Below are positions 1 to 12,616 of a stretch of DNA of 64,000 bases, one piece after another. The notes beneath the pieces were generated by a model, which saw only the letters and a program-made list of their open reading frames with translations, had not been told where the DNA came from and made no database searches. The stretch's first letter is position 1; every line of letters starts with the position of its first letter. Source of the stretch: Phoronis australis (Eukaryota > Animalia > Phoronida); the NCBI GenBank assembly GCA_002633005.1, contig NMRA01000088.1:430186-494185 (forward strand), given 5' to 3'. Made by a program: the position numbers and the translations under genes.

Positions 1-13
1 GAATGTTTAATCC

Positions 14-73
14 CAGTGTGAATTTAGGGGTCAGCACGTGCTAATGCACGTGATGACCCCTCAGTTAACACTG
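14..73. repeat. 28-bp inverted repeat with 4-nt TAAT loop
   Basis: Arms 14-41 and 46-73 match at 24 of 28 positions. Confidence 0.85.
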
Positions 74-960
74 AGTCTGAATTCAGAACCTCGAGTTTGT
101 AGCTAGAATCTAGGGATCATTAAGTGCAATTTGGACTTGAAATTCATTTGTGTAAATCATGATATACTGAATACCCAATCAGAGCACATATCTTGAAATT
201 GCACTTGAGTAACAGAGAAAATGTGAAACAAATTACGCCGAGTCCAACTTAAAAGTTTAGAGCCTGAGCCCAAATTGCACGTGTTTCTCGCCAATCTATT
301 TGGCCACGCAAGTTACGACACCACGTGTTTTCTCACGATCCGCCCTTCTTCATAGAGTACCTCTTACAAAAGTAAATGTCGTCCATCCATACTACAGGTT
401 CGTTTACTGGGTTGTGGACGAGACACCAAAACGAATGCAGAAGTTTAACTCCCTTTTCCTTATGGCAAGAAAAAAAAATCAAAATAGTCTTTAGAAAATG
501 TTGTAATCCATCTTGAACTGAAGCATTTCGCTGTTTGCAAGACAAAATGAAACCTTATCGGCAGATTTTCGCATTTAACCAACTATCTTTAAAACAGTAG
601 AGTTTGACCAAGTGAATGTATATATTGGAAGTGACTCTATACCAGCCTGCCCCTAATTAGGTGAGAACATATTTTTAGTAAAAAGGCACATTCATAACAA
701 AAAAAAAAAAACTTTATCAACATAATGACCAAATTTCTGACATAACTGTTCAATATAAAATTTCAAAAACTCTAACATATTCTGCTTTTGCTTTGTGCAA
801 CTTCTTTGACAAAAATTGTAAAAGTCCATTATTTTGATATTGGAGACCGGAGCACGATGCTCCGAAATTAGTCAAATCTTGACATTTTGAAGAGCCGTAT
901 TGCCTTATGTATGTACGAAAGTCTTGAAATTAAACTTGATAAATTACCTGGTCAACATAC

Positions 961-1387
961 ACATCCTCATCGTCATCATTACCAACGTCGCGTCGTCGTC
1001 GTCGTCATAATCATTATCATCATCATCACTATCATCATCATCATCATCATCGTCATCATCACCATCATCATCATCATCATCACCATCAGTAGCAGCAGTA
1101 GTAGGCGCTTGGGAATTCTTATTTGTACTNNNNNNNNNNNNNNNNNNNNNNNNNNNNNNNNNNNNNNNNNNNNNNNNNNNNNNNNNNNNNNNNNNNNNNN
1201 NNNNNNNNNNNNNNNNNNNNNNNNNNNNNNNNNNNNNNNNNNNNNNNNNNNNNNNNNNNNNNNNNNNNNNNNNNNNNNNNNNNNNNNNNNNNNNNNNNNN
1301 NNNNNNNNNNNNNNNNNNNNNNNNNNNNNNNNNNNNNNNNNNNNNNNNNNNNNNNNNNNNNNNNNNNNNNNNNNNNNNNNNNNNNNN

Positions 1388-1432
<45 letters not shown>

Positions 1433-1450
1433 TTCATCATCATCGTCATC
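961..1450. repeat. (CAT)n microsatellite region interrupted by an assembly gap
   Basis: Imperfect CAT/CGT/CAC runs at ~961-1090 and 1388-1450. They produce the poly-I/H/M ORFs in the track. Confidence 0.95.
1130..1387. other. Assembly gap (258 N)
   Basis: Run of N. Confidence 1.
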
Positions 1451-3380
1451 ACACTATCTTTATCAATATCGGCATCGTCTTCAATATTATCATTTCCAAC
1501 AACATCGACCTCTTTTCCCATTTTCGTTTTTCTCCTTCTTCTGTTCTCGTTCTTCCCATTCTACTTTGGATTTGTTTTCCTTCTATGTCTTGTTCGATCA
1601 TTTGTGTTTTACTGTTTCGCTCCTTCAATCATTAAATTTAATGCCGTTATTGAATTAGCGGTGTATGGAACATGTCTTCAAGTGACACGCTTGAGGTGGG
1701 CCAATTACGTGTACAGCATTATTCAAGCAATTATTGTAAGGACAGAAATGATAAAACAGTTGATGGCGCACTTGTAGCACAATACGTATCTTCAACTTGA
1801 GAGGAATGTTTTTACATTGACACGCAAACTTGATCTGTGTTACTACTTGAATACTCTTATTCAAATAACCGTGGTTTTCCAGAACTCTCTCCTTGACGCA
1901 ACAAATCTAATGCGACTCCTGAATGCTATGTCGTATCTCATTTCTCCACCAAGTCATTGTCTGAAAAAGTTACCACAGAAGTTCAAACATCTTCTTGCCG
2001 CTTTTCTTCGAATGTCTCACGGTATTGTTGACGAAATATAACAAAAGCACGTAGGCTTTATTCATTTCATTGGCCATCATCCTTTTGAAAATGAAATTAC
2101 AATTGACGAAGTATGGGTGTTTGTTATTTTTTAATTTTCTTTTATTCCTTGTGAATCAAAAAGGCATAACAAAATGAAGAATAAACCATTGTTTTACATT
2201 TCCCCAAAGTAGGACTGAAAATGTTTGAGGTTTTTCGCTGTTAAATTTGTAAGTTACTGCAATGTTCTAAAATGTAACGACAAAATCGCACACATTTTTC
2301 TCATTCAGAGCATTGATTAAAAGCATTGTGTAAAATTTCCCTCGTAGCAAATTTGTTTAGCAAAGTTGTTGTGTGAATAACGAAAAGAAAAAGAGAAGCC
2401 TGGCTATTTCATTTAATTAGAGAAAACTTCGCCTTTGGCTAGGAGATCATATAACTAATATTTATTGAAGAGACGCATCTGCAATATTGGTGCGAATAAG
2501 TTACAGGAGGTACGACCAATCCCATGATGTGACTAGGTTCTTTTTCATGTTTAACCGAAAACTGTGTCAGAAAAGTAACAAAATATTGAAAAAAAAAACG
2601 CACCAGTGCACAACTGATACTAAAAATCGTATTTACTGGAATACGGAGATAACTTCATCTTGGATCCAGCTATGCTTGCCTAAATGCAGTAGCTAGATAT
2701 TTCCTACAAAAGTAAGAAGTCTTGTATTTTGTGTAGCTAATCAGAAAGATTTAGAAATTAAAAGTGATGTCCGATTCTCATTGCGTCTTTACGTTTCTGA
2801 AAAGCACTTTTGTGAAGTCTTTAGCATTATAGTTGAAACACCGATGAAGAGGGACTATGAAATGTTTCCATGGTTACAACGAAACAGACAGTACTGAAGA
2901 TGTTTGCAACCACGAGCTCATTAACGATATTAAAATTTGTTAATAACGACAAATAGCGGCACCCTGCGGCGCAATGGCTCGCCATCGCAATACCCATTAG
3001 TGCAGGGTTGCGGGGTACGCCCCGGGATAGGGTCGCAATCGCATTATCAGTAACAATCCAATGTCTTCGAATCCAATCTCCGTTCATAGCTATCGTATGT
3101 CAAATTAATTTATCAAAAGTGTAAAGAAAACGATTTGTTTGTTGTACAGAGCTGTTACAACAAGCGAAAGTCACAAGCTGACGACATGTAATGAATGATT
3201 GCTGGCATTTTTAGTACAAGAAGATAGCATGGCTATGTGTAAACGATAAAAAATGTATGACATTCTATTTCAAGTATAGCAAATCAATCTCTGTATGAAA
3301 CATTTTCTATAAAGTTTCAATAATAATACAGTTGTGTATAACTTTATCATAACGCTTCACCAGATAGAAATAGAAATATC

Positions 3381-3555
3381 AACGATGGTGATGATGTTGA
3401 TGTTGAGAATGGAGATGATGATGGCTGGTGAAGACTACAATGAAATTGATGGTGAAAATGGTAATAATTGTGGCGGTGTGAAGGATGGCGATTTTTAGGC
3501 GATAATGATGGTGAGGATAACGATGATGGCGACGATGTTGGAGGTGATGGTGATC

Positions 3556-3603
<48 letters not shown>

Positions 3604-3715
3604 GGTGGTGATGACGATATAATGTTGATGGTGATTGATGATGATGGTGTTGGCGATGATGAGGAAGATGTCAATGATGTTTCTGTCATTGATAAAGATG
3701 ATAAAAGACAACGAC
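3381..3715. repeat. (GAT)n microsatellite with degenerate flanks
   Basis: Perfect (GAT)15 at 3556-3600 inside a decayed GAT/GGT/GAC tract. Confidence 0.95.
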
Positions 3716-5207
3716 GGTCCCAACTATGAAGTTGAAAGTAGCTGCAAGGTTATTATTATTATTTTCAAAATCAATCCCCACTGTCTACTACAACATTTTT
3801 TATAGGACCCGGCCTCGTTAACTCAAAATTTCCAAAATTATAGTACAATCAGTTAAACAAATAAACCATTAATTTAAATTAGTCTGTAATGGCGAGTTAA
3901 AGGGACGTAATCGCTTATATAAAAAATAGTTGAACATTACCTTTGGTTGGACCGATGTCTTGAACTCATTAGCTTTACCAAAGTTATAAAACAGCCCAAT
4001 ACGTCATGTTTCTGGGGCCATTTTCCAAAATAAATACATCGCATTAACAGTTGGTTTCCATTCACTCCATCGATCACATAAAGAATGTGCACGTACAAGT
4101 TTTTCAAAACTACAAATTTGTCTGATTTCTGTGCCCACCACAAAATAAAATTTCTACACGATTTGTAAAGGATAGACGTCTGGCGACATAGAATTTGAGA
4201 AAGTGAATTGTTTTGGAAATACATTTTCTATGTTCATTGCATGCTCCCTTGTACGTATTTACTATCCCTGGAACACTTGAAAATAGCGTGAGGGGCCCAG
4301 CTAAAGATCCGCGTCGTGGTTTTACATTTCACGCCACTGACCAAACACAATGTCCCATTCACCGTTGCACGCAGTGTGCCTGTCGTTAGCGTTTGCTCAA
4401 TGAAAGTGAATGCTGGGTCAAGATGCGGGCCTTAAGCTGCACCGGTCACGTGCTTCCGATAGTTCCTTGGAGAAGACTGCACGCCAAGGGAAAGGTAAGT
4501 GACATTGAAAATGTCTCTGCCAGATAATCAGGGATTCGGATTTTTGCATAAAAACGGTTGATTTCCGGAGAGAGTTTCCGAAAGATTGTATTTCAAAACA
4601 GCTATGCATACTCCAACTACAGCAGTGACCTACTATCCGAAACGCGAATGTCCTTTTCATTGTTGTCAATTAAAGGGACACAGTCGGTTTTAGCGCCAAA
4701 TAACCCATTATTAGGGTAGCTCTTTAATAAGACTGACTTCTTGAAGTTATCAGTTTTGGCCAGAGCTATAAAAAGCTATCCCGTAGTGTTTTTGTTTGTG
4801 ACTTTATTAGAAATTCGCGACGTTGAATTCCAGTCACTTGGTATTAATTAGCTGAAATTTAGGCTGTTGACCAGTTGCTGGTTCTATCTGTTTAAAAATA
4901 CTAGGCTATCAGCAAAGCGTTGGACTTGAGGTTGTAAGTTCGATTCCGCGTTGGGACTAATCTCAGAAAAACACCTTTCTCACCGATAATCTTCTGTCAC
5001 AGCTAATACCTCCCTACGTTTATTTTCGTGAAACACTGACTAAGTTTTAAAACATGTCGTCTGTTAAGATAGTTGTAACTTTACTACGTTTTAGTGAAAA
5101 AGTCTAAAATAGGGACTTGACTCAGTTGCTTGAATCTTCTGAGCAATTGTGGCTTACTAGAAAATAAAAATGTTTTGTTTTCTAACACCTTGCCTGGGTA
5201 GAGTTCA

Positions 5208-5323
5208 GTATCGCTACGACTTCGCTAAAAAGCAAGACTTCGCGAGATTATGTGAGATATTGTCCAGTATTTTAATTGAGAACACGTGACTTTGGCTAGA
5301 TTTTAGCGAGGTCCCAGCGATAC
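5208..5323. mobile_element. Short inverted-repeat (MITE-like) element
   Basis: GTATCGCTACGACTTCGCTAAAA matches reverse complement GTATCGCTGGGACCTCGCTAAAA. Confidence 0.55.
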
Positions 5324-7275
5324 CCTGTATTCGAGCATCTCTTTTACCTACGGAATTGTTTAATAATACATCTGGAAACCGAACACTCATTCCAATGAAA
5401 ATAAACAGAGACCTAGTCTTTAAATGAGGGACGTTACATAGAAAAGGTTACTATTTGTTTTCAATAATATTGAGAATTCAACGTAGAGTTCACTCTCAGT
5501 GTGTGTATCAAAGCTAAAATTCACTTGGTGATTGTGACAAAATAGTATTAGCAAGGAGAACCAGTGTTTGCACAAGTTCGGGCACAAAGTCGAGCCCCTG
5601 TTCGGGACTGCTTTATGCAACCGGCCACTGCATGCTGCAGTTGCACGTCTGTGGATACGCACTTTTGTTACTATACAAATACTTTAACCGATCTGTCAAC
5701 TCTCGCAGTAAGTAAAATGATGATTTTACTGATAATAACAATGATAAAGCGAAAATTAAAGATGATTTTCTTCCTACCTGACGTACTGCTCCAAAAAAAC
5801 TCCCTTGTCATAACAGACATTTGCCCATACCATTTAGAAATCACCTGTCATTGACTACTCTTTTATTCTGTAGAAGTTGATAAAATATTTACACTCTGAT
5901 TCTAAGTATTTGTCTATGCCCATGAGGTAACACTTCGCGTGTTCTGTTATGCATATGATGCTTAATAAATACCATTATCTAACAAAAAAGAAAAAAGGAC
6001 GATAATGCGAGACAGTTAGCACAGGGCGCTTGATTTCTTAACTAAATTTCCCATTATTAAATGCTCTTGTTAAATATGCTATGAATAAACTGTCATTCAT
6101 CAGATAAATTCACTGTTTTACTGAACTTTCTGAATTTGGAAAGTGGGCGATTACTCAGCCAGGTCTGCGAGTTGTAGCGATGACCGGTTCAAACAAGAGA
6201 TGTATCTCTCTTCAGCAGGACGGATAATCATCACAACGCTCGTGCCAGACTCACGTGCTTTGTGACACGTCATTGATTGCGCTTTTACGCGACCAAAACT
6301 GTGAACAACTTTAAATCGCGTTGTTTTTTAGGCTCCATACAGTATTATTACACGTCCACTGACACTTCTGCCCTCTGCTTGGCTAAAACACAGTAGCATT
6401 TGCTTGCTTTATGGAGTGATGTTGCCCGACTAGCCAAATGTAATGTCCCTTTTCATTCGTACTGCTGTGACGTCAGATCACGGTATTCGTGATCTGACCG
6501 ATAGCAGGTTGCAGAAACTTGACTGTATATAAATTCAGGTAAAAATATGAACATCCAACAAAAGACGAAGAAATCGGAGGAAAGAATCATCAGCGGTATT
6601 GTAAAATAACACATATCCCTCGGGTATTTCTGGCCCGCCTGGAACTCACCTACAAAGCTCTTTCTCGGGCCAAATTTTGTGATTTCTAAAAAATTGATTA
6701 ATGCATGGCTGAAAAATAACTTCCAGCGCATTGTCATCAGCGTGAAATTACGAACTGATATTAATACGTTTGGCTTTTTGAGTGTTGTTTTTGGTCAACT
6801 TTCACTAAAAATCTTTGCATGGATTGCTCTAGTTTTACTGTACCTGGTGAACAGATCCCAGTGAGTAAATTTTGACGTTAAATAGCTAACTTATCTGTTT
6901 GTGCTCAGCCAGCATTCAACTTTTCTTGAATCATTCAGTGTATCCTTGAACCCTAACCGATATGGCTATCTGGTTTGTCGTTTATTCTGACAAAGGTTCT
7001 TGGTGCACTGGTGTGAAAATGAACCGATTAATCGTTTAAGCTTATAGGTTTCCTGGGTTTGCTAGTAAATTCAGCTATCTTTCAAATGTAGTGACCAGTT
7101 CAATAAGGTAAACGATTTTCAGCGATGTGATCAAAATGGTAACTTCACAATTTTCCAATCAATTTCATCGCTTTACAAAAATGAAAATGGGAAATCAAGG
7201 GCTGAGACGGCTCCAAAGTGCTAAAATATTCAGCGGCATTAAAATCGGGCTTTCTGTCAAAAACCGGTTTTCATT

Positions 7276-7430
7276 TAGACCACATACCGTTATGTGAAAT
7301 TGGTCTCAAATTGTTCTTCACTCAGTTTAGAAGAAATCTCTGGACTCGGCACGAACTGAAAGTTCGTTTATTCTTCAGACGAAGCTCATAATTTCAGGTC
7401 ACCCCCGGCATCAGTGACATGCGCGCTTGG
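7276..7430 (+). mobile_element. MITE-like family A, partial copy (left arm)
   Basis: TAGACCACATACCGTTATGTGAAATTGGTCTCAAATTGTT and downstream AGTTCGTTTATT match the family A arm. Right end approximate. Confidence 0.65.
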
Positions 7431-7451
7431 TCTGAGCAGAAGTAACAAACT

Positions 7452-8825
7452 GCCAAATCTTCTGTAGCCCGGAAACCATTCCTCATCTCAGCATAGAGTA
7501 GCTTTAGAATTTTTTCACAACGGGAAGGGACATATATCGAAACTTGTTTTTGGCAGAAAGCACGAGTGCCGCTTTAATCGTTTTCGCATAAAGTGAATTG
7601 TATTTCATTTTCAAGCACAACAGCCGGCTTTCAAAAGTCACTAACTTGCAGAGATAAATAGATATGTCCTTCCCGAAAAGCGTCTAGTTTTTATATCTTT
7701 TGTACCTGCTAAATTCTACTCAGCCTAATAAGACGCATACAGTGTGTAAAACGTAATGATCAGTCTGTACAGAAAAAAAGCAACTCCCAGAAATCTGATC
7801 TGGTTAGCCTAAGCACGTAAGCACACATAACACACGGCGTGAAAGTCGGCCATTTTGTTTATCTCGCACTCCGTCTAGGCCATCAAGTTGTTCGCAAATT
7901 TTGCACTCATTAAACGTAAACAAATACAAGTTTAATTAAAAACCAATGGTCAACAGCGAGAACTGGTCAATGATCGCAGGCCATACTGTCCAGGTCTATT
8001 AAAGCACACTGAGCTAATAAAAGATGGAGCTGATTACATGGCTGATCTGACCAGAACTCCTTGCTCAAGGCAAAATGTCGGCTTCATAGTAAAACAGGGG
8101 TATTTTGGCGTGCCCTTGTGTTTATNTGGTCAACTTTCACTAAAAATCTGCCAAATCTTCTGTAGCCCGGAAACCATTCCTCATCTCAGCATAGAGTAGC
8201 TTTAGAACTTTTTCACAACGGGAAGGGACATATATCGAAACTTGTTTTTGGCAGAAAGCACGAGTGCCGCTTTAATCGTTTTCGCATAAGAGTGAATTGT
8301 ATTTCATTTTCAAGCACAACAGCCGGCTTTCAAAAGTCACTAACTTGCAGAGATAAATAGATATGTCCTTCCCGAAAAGCGTCTAGTTTTTATATCTTTT
8401 GTACCTGCTAAATTCTACTCAGCCTAATAAGACGCATTCAGTGTGTAAAACGTAATGATCAGTCTGTACAGAAAAAAAGCAACTCCCAGAAATCTGATCT
8501 GGTTAGCCTAAGCACGTAAGCACACATAACACACGGCGTGAAAGTCGGCCATTTTGTTTATCTCGCACTCCGTCTAGGCCATCAAGTTGTTCGCAAATTT
8601 TGCACTCATTAAACGTAAACAAATACAAGTTTAATTAAAAACCAATGGTCAACAGCGAGAACTGGTCAATGATCGCAGGCCATACTGTCCAGGTCTATTA
8701 AAGCACACTGAGCTAATAAAAGATGGAGCTGATTACATGGCTGATCTGACCAGAACTCCTTGCTCAAGGCAAAATGTCGGCTTCATAGTAAAACAGGGGT
8801 ATTTTGGCGTGCCCTTGTGTTTATT
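7452..8825. repeat. ~675-bp near-identical duplication across a single N (7452-8125 vs 8150-8825), probably uncollapsed alleles
   Basis: Three differences seen (gaattt/gaactt, cataaag/cataagag, catac/cattc). Junction N at 8126. Confidence 0.9.
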
Positions 8826-10104
8826 TTACATTCAATGAGTAAGTAGTAGTCGCGTTTAGACATTGCCTTGTGTCTCGCACAATGGACTTGATTAAGCGTG
8901 AACACTTTGAAGAGATCTGTTCTGACGTTTGCAAAGAAACACTTGCCTCGATCTGTATTGTGTAATAATTGTCATTTCTTGATAGACATGCACCGTTTTG
9001 CCCTTGTCTACCAACCTACATATCCTTACACAGTCTACAGAAGAACAAATATACATATACTTACCCACTGTCCTGTTACATTGCATTGGAATGATTATGG
9101 TCCTTGTTGGATATAACTGTGTAACGTATCGGATGGCAAAATGGTATGGTGAGTATAATACGACATGCATTTGATTAAAATATCTTTGCCAGATATAGAT
9201 ACAACTGAGAATATTTCAGTAAAGCGGATTCTTGGCATATACTGTACATATGAATGTTTATTCGGGTGTCAATACTGCAAGAACAAGAACCAATGGTGTT
9301 TGTTTAATAATAAGTATACTTGCGGTGCAACCAGAGCAAAGAATATCAACTTTGAAATATGGACAGGATACTTACTTCAACTGACAGTTTTGAGTTTGTC
9401 AGACTTTAGCAATGATTATCACTATGGTCGTCCTAACGCGTGTGCTGGTCGCTAATCAGAGAAGATCATGGCCTTTCCCCAACAAAAATGTATATTGCCG
9501 TTGGTTTGGTATCAATTTTTCTTTGGCATATGGTAAGGATTATTCCAGGAACCAGTCAACACTTCTGTAACACGAAAGCAGTTAGGATACACTTGTTCGG
9601 GGTCTTAACACGTGTATTGTTATGTTTGTCTTCAGTTTGTAGCAGCGAAATACAGACCACATAAAATAAACTGGACCACTGTCCGGCAGTAATCATGCGT
9701 CATTAGTCAGTGTTTCTGTTAATTTGAGCGACTTCAGTATTTTTTTTGGTTTCGACTGATTTTTGATACAGCAACAAATGCACTACATGAATTAAAGTGA
9801 GAGTTCCTTCCCGCTCGCGAACATTGAATAATCACGAAATAGGTTGATTAACTCGAACACACTGGTCTCAACTCTTTTCTTGCAAAGATATCAATTTGTT
9901 CATGTCATCCAAAGGAAGGGAAAATTCGCCTGCGACTAACAGCGTGTAGCCCAAGACCGGAAGAGCAGGCCAGCCTTGCTAAGCGTACTTAACTGCATTT
10001 TTGAAACTAGTCAAAGCCATGAATGACCTCTATAAGGATGGAAATAATTGTGAAAAATGCAGAGACAGTAGGAAGGTTTGAGGCATTTTTGTATGATTGA
10101 GGAA

Positions 10105-10306
10105 CCGGGGTCCCGCTCCAATAAAGCTGACTTACCCAAGACAAATCTTAAATTTCAGCCAAGTTTAAGATAAAGCTTAAAATTGTCTCAAGTCTGTTTC
10201 AAAAGGAGATCTTACCGGATGTGGAAGTTACAAAGTTTGGAGTTTGAGACAAATCTTAGACTAAAGTCAAAATGAACTTAAGTCAGGTTTTTGGAACTGG
10301 TCCCGG
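10105..10306 (+). mobile_element. MITE-like element, family B
   Basis: TIR-like ends GGGTCCCGCTCCAATAAAGCTGACTTA and reverse complement GGGACCAGTTCCAAAAACCTGACTTA. Colinear with 60325-60555. Confidence 0.78.
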
Positions 10307-11339
10307 GTTTGTAAGTTGCATTTTATTGTGTAGTAAGTGACAAGGAAACGACCTTTAACCACATACTTCAACTCTCTTTGTGCTCGTACGCACGCGCCCG
10401 CGCGCGTACGTAAACATCCCTGGAAGAATTGACAAATAGGATTTTCACATTGAGTGTATTTTCACAAGACCAGGAAAGTTTGCATCCAGTTTTGCATTTT
10501 TAGAATTTTCTGAAATTGTAGAACTTTCTGATATTGCACAAACTCGGTTTCAATACTCGCTGTTAATTTTTAAAGAGTCGACTGAATATGTACAATATCA
10601 AATATTTTCCTCTTTGAAAGAAGCAAATTTACTTTAGCTCATCTGATAAAAGGGTAATGGTGACCGCATTTCTACTTGCTGATTAGTCAATATGCCTGTT
10701 TTTGAGTTTCAGAATGTATCGATTGAACATTAATTTCAAAGCTGGTCGTAGGGTACAGTGAGTCGTTTATTAGTAAAGATATTAGAAATCATGTTTAGGG
10801 CATTGCAGTACATCACCTGTGCATTTAAGTTATTGGAATCTACTAAAGGTATTTCCGGTGTAGATTCGATTCATGGATGCTTTTGCCCTCTGTGCTTCAA
10901 AATCCTTGATTTTATGTTTACTCGCATTGTGTAGTCAACCTTGAGTAATTGTACTGGCCTCTTGAAGTCAAAAGCAATCGGTTGGCGATTTTATGAAAAA
11001 TAAACTCCCTTAAGTGCTCCGGGAACAAGGCACGCTTGCAATTTCGCCAAATTGTTGCTTACATGAGTCGACACGTATTATGGGGTTATATTTATATTTT
11101 AATTTCCATGATATTATGTTACTTGCAGTAATAAAACGCCAAGCTAAAATCAATATATTTGGAAAGTCTTGCGATTTACGTGCCTCGATTACGACAGCCA
11201 CAGCAAGGCAGTTTTACTTTATTAATAAATTCGTCAGTTTATTTCATGATTTTTTTTTATCTTACGACACAAACTTTCCGCTAGTGGCAGAGGAAACTGA
11301 GATATATTTCTTTTCACTGCATAATGTTTTTTAAAGTCA

Positions 11340-12480
11340 AGCGCCTCCTACAGATATTTAATGGCGTGAAACCGACCAATCAGAATCGCCGTTAGTGGAG
11401 CTCTCTAGGTTTCTTATGCCAGTTCAAACCATTATCGCTATGTGTTATCAAGAGTCTTCGCTAGGCGGAATCGCAGAAAGGGGCTTGTAGAAATACAAGA
11501 AACGTTGAACCAGGGGCTTATCACGATAAAATCAATTCCCTTGCATCGCCTGGGAGTTATTTTTGCTCCTGATCGCGTGGAAGACAGGAAAAAAACCGCC
11601 TGAACTGGCATCTAGTCCTTGGGCCAGATCGCAGTTGAATCTAGTCATACATCCGCTCAGGGAGTGATGTCGTTCTTGGCATTGGATAGTACATGGCCGC
11701 AGGTAAGTCAGAATGTAACAACATGCCCTCGTCTTCTCAGTGTCTGGCGATTGTTGCCAGTTGCCCTTCGGGCCATCCTTCCGTCCCGCCGCGAGGCTTC
11801 GCGCTCGCGGTGACTTCCTTGATATACGTTGCCAGTTCCGCTCAATACACGCGCGTTTGTCAAGATTTTGTCCATGTTCTGCAGGCCTTTGGCGAGTCGC
11901 ACGCCATGGTATGACGATTAGGAGCTTTGGGTAAAATCTGTTAGCTGAAATCGTAAAAAGCCATGATTCACAGAGAACAACAGTGACGTTATTGAGTCAC
12001 ACGCTTAGGTCAACACCTAGCCTGTGAATGGAATTCCCTCGCTTCTAGATACTGGCGACTAGACGCCGATACGATCGGCCGCAGTGGATCCCACTGGGCT
12101 TAGAAATTATATTGGCCCGAGGACCAGGACTCGTGTGATCCACTCTGTCGCGGTTACTGGATTCATTGTCGTCCAGTACGGATGCCATACGGTAGATTTT
12201 GCCGCGCCAGATTACTTGATGAACACCAACATGGCGATTGGAAATATACCCTCCGTTGTAGAACACCCTCCAATCGATTGCAAACGTGTAATTCTTGTCA
12301 ACTAGAAAGCGTTTCTGACAGTGTGGCCGATGAAATTTACTCAAGTTGTACAAGAATTCTTTATCGCAGTAACATATTGAGGTTTAGGGGAACGCGTTGG
12401 TATATTTTGCTATAAAATAGCCTCGAGAAATCGGTGGTTAGGTCAGCTACAACTTCGCCGTTTCGTCCAGGGTTTGTGTT
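11340..12480 (+). promoter_or_regulatory. CpG-rich putative AP-2 promoter region
   Basis: Locally high GC and CpG. CCAATCAG at 11376, AP-2-type sites GCCGCGAGGC (11788-11797) and GCCTTTGGC (11885-11893), TATA box at 12411. Contains the best first-exon candidate. Confidence 0.6.
11667..11702 (+). CDS. TFAP2: AP-2 (TFAP2) first coding exon, MSFLALDSTWPQ (phase 0)
   Basis: ATG at 11667 (G at -3), 12 codons, then a perfect donor CAG|GTAAGT at 11702/11703. Phase 0 matches the exon at 48506. The peptide resembles the recalled vertebrate TFAP2A alternative N-terminus MSILAKMGDWQ|DRHD. It lies in a CpG-rich region downstream of a CCAAT box. Confidence 0.75.
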
Positions 12481-12607
12481 TGTGGAATTCTTGTGGCCAG
12501 AATTTGTCACTTATGTTTTATAATTTAACTAAAGACTGTCTCTGACACACTGAAGAAATCGTTGTTGTTACGCTGAAAACAAAATTATCTGGAAGTTCAG
12601 TGTAAAT

Positions 12608-12616
12608 ATGATAATG
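12608..12616 (+). CDS. TFAP2: Candidate alternative first coding exon (MIM, phase 0)
   Basis: TATAAAA at 12411-12417, Inr-like TCAGCT at 12443-12448, ATG with A at -3, donor ATG|GTAGGT, then an abrupt switch to AT-rich sequence. No homology support. Confidence 0.4.

Noticed and set aside
887-1777. Long ORFs with poly-Ile, poly-His or poly-Met
   Set aside because: Artefacts of the (CAT)n repeat plus the N gap.
3505-3729. Poly-Asp acidic ORF (a similar one lies at 23064-23387)
   Set aside because: Translation of (GAT)n microsatellite, with no splice or domain support.
4900-4960. tRNA-like segment with B-box GTTCGATTCC (a similar degenerate A/B-box pair lies at ~48361-48426)
   Set aside because: No cloverleaf could be built. 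At most these are decayed SINE heads.
11693-11702. ATG GCC GCA G|GTAAGT as the gene start (ORF-track 11693..11914)
   Set aside because: Phase 1. Spliced to exon 2 it yields only MAAGPA*, whereas the ATG at 11667 is in frame.
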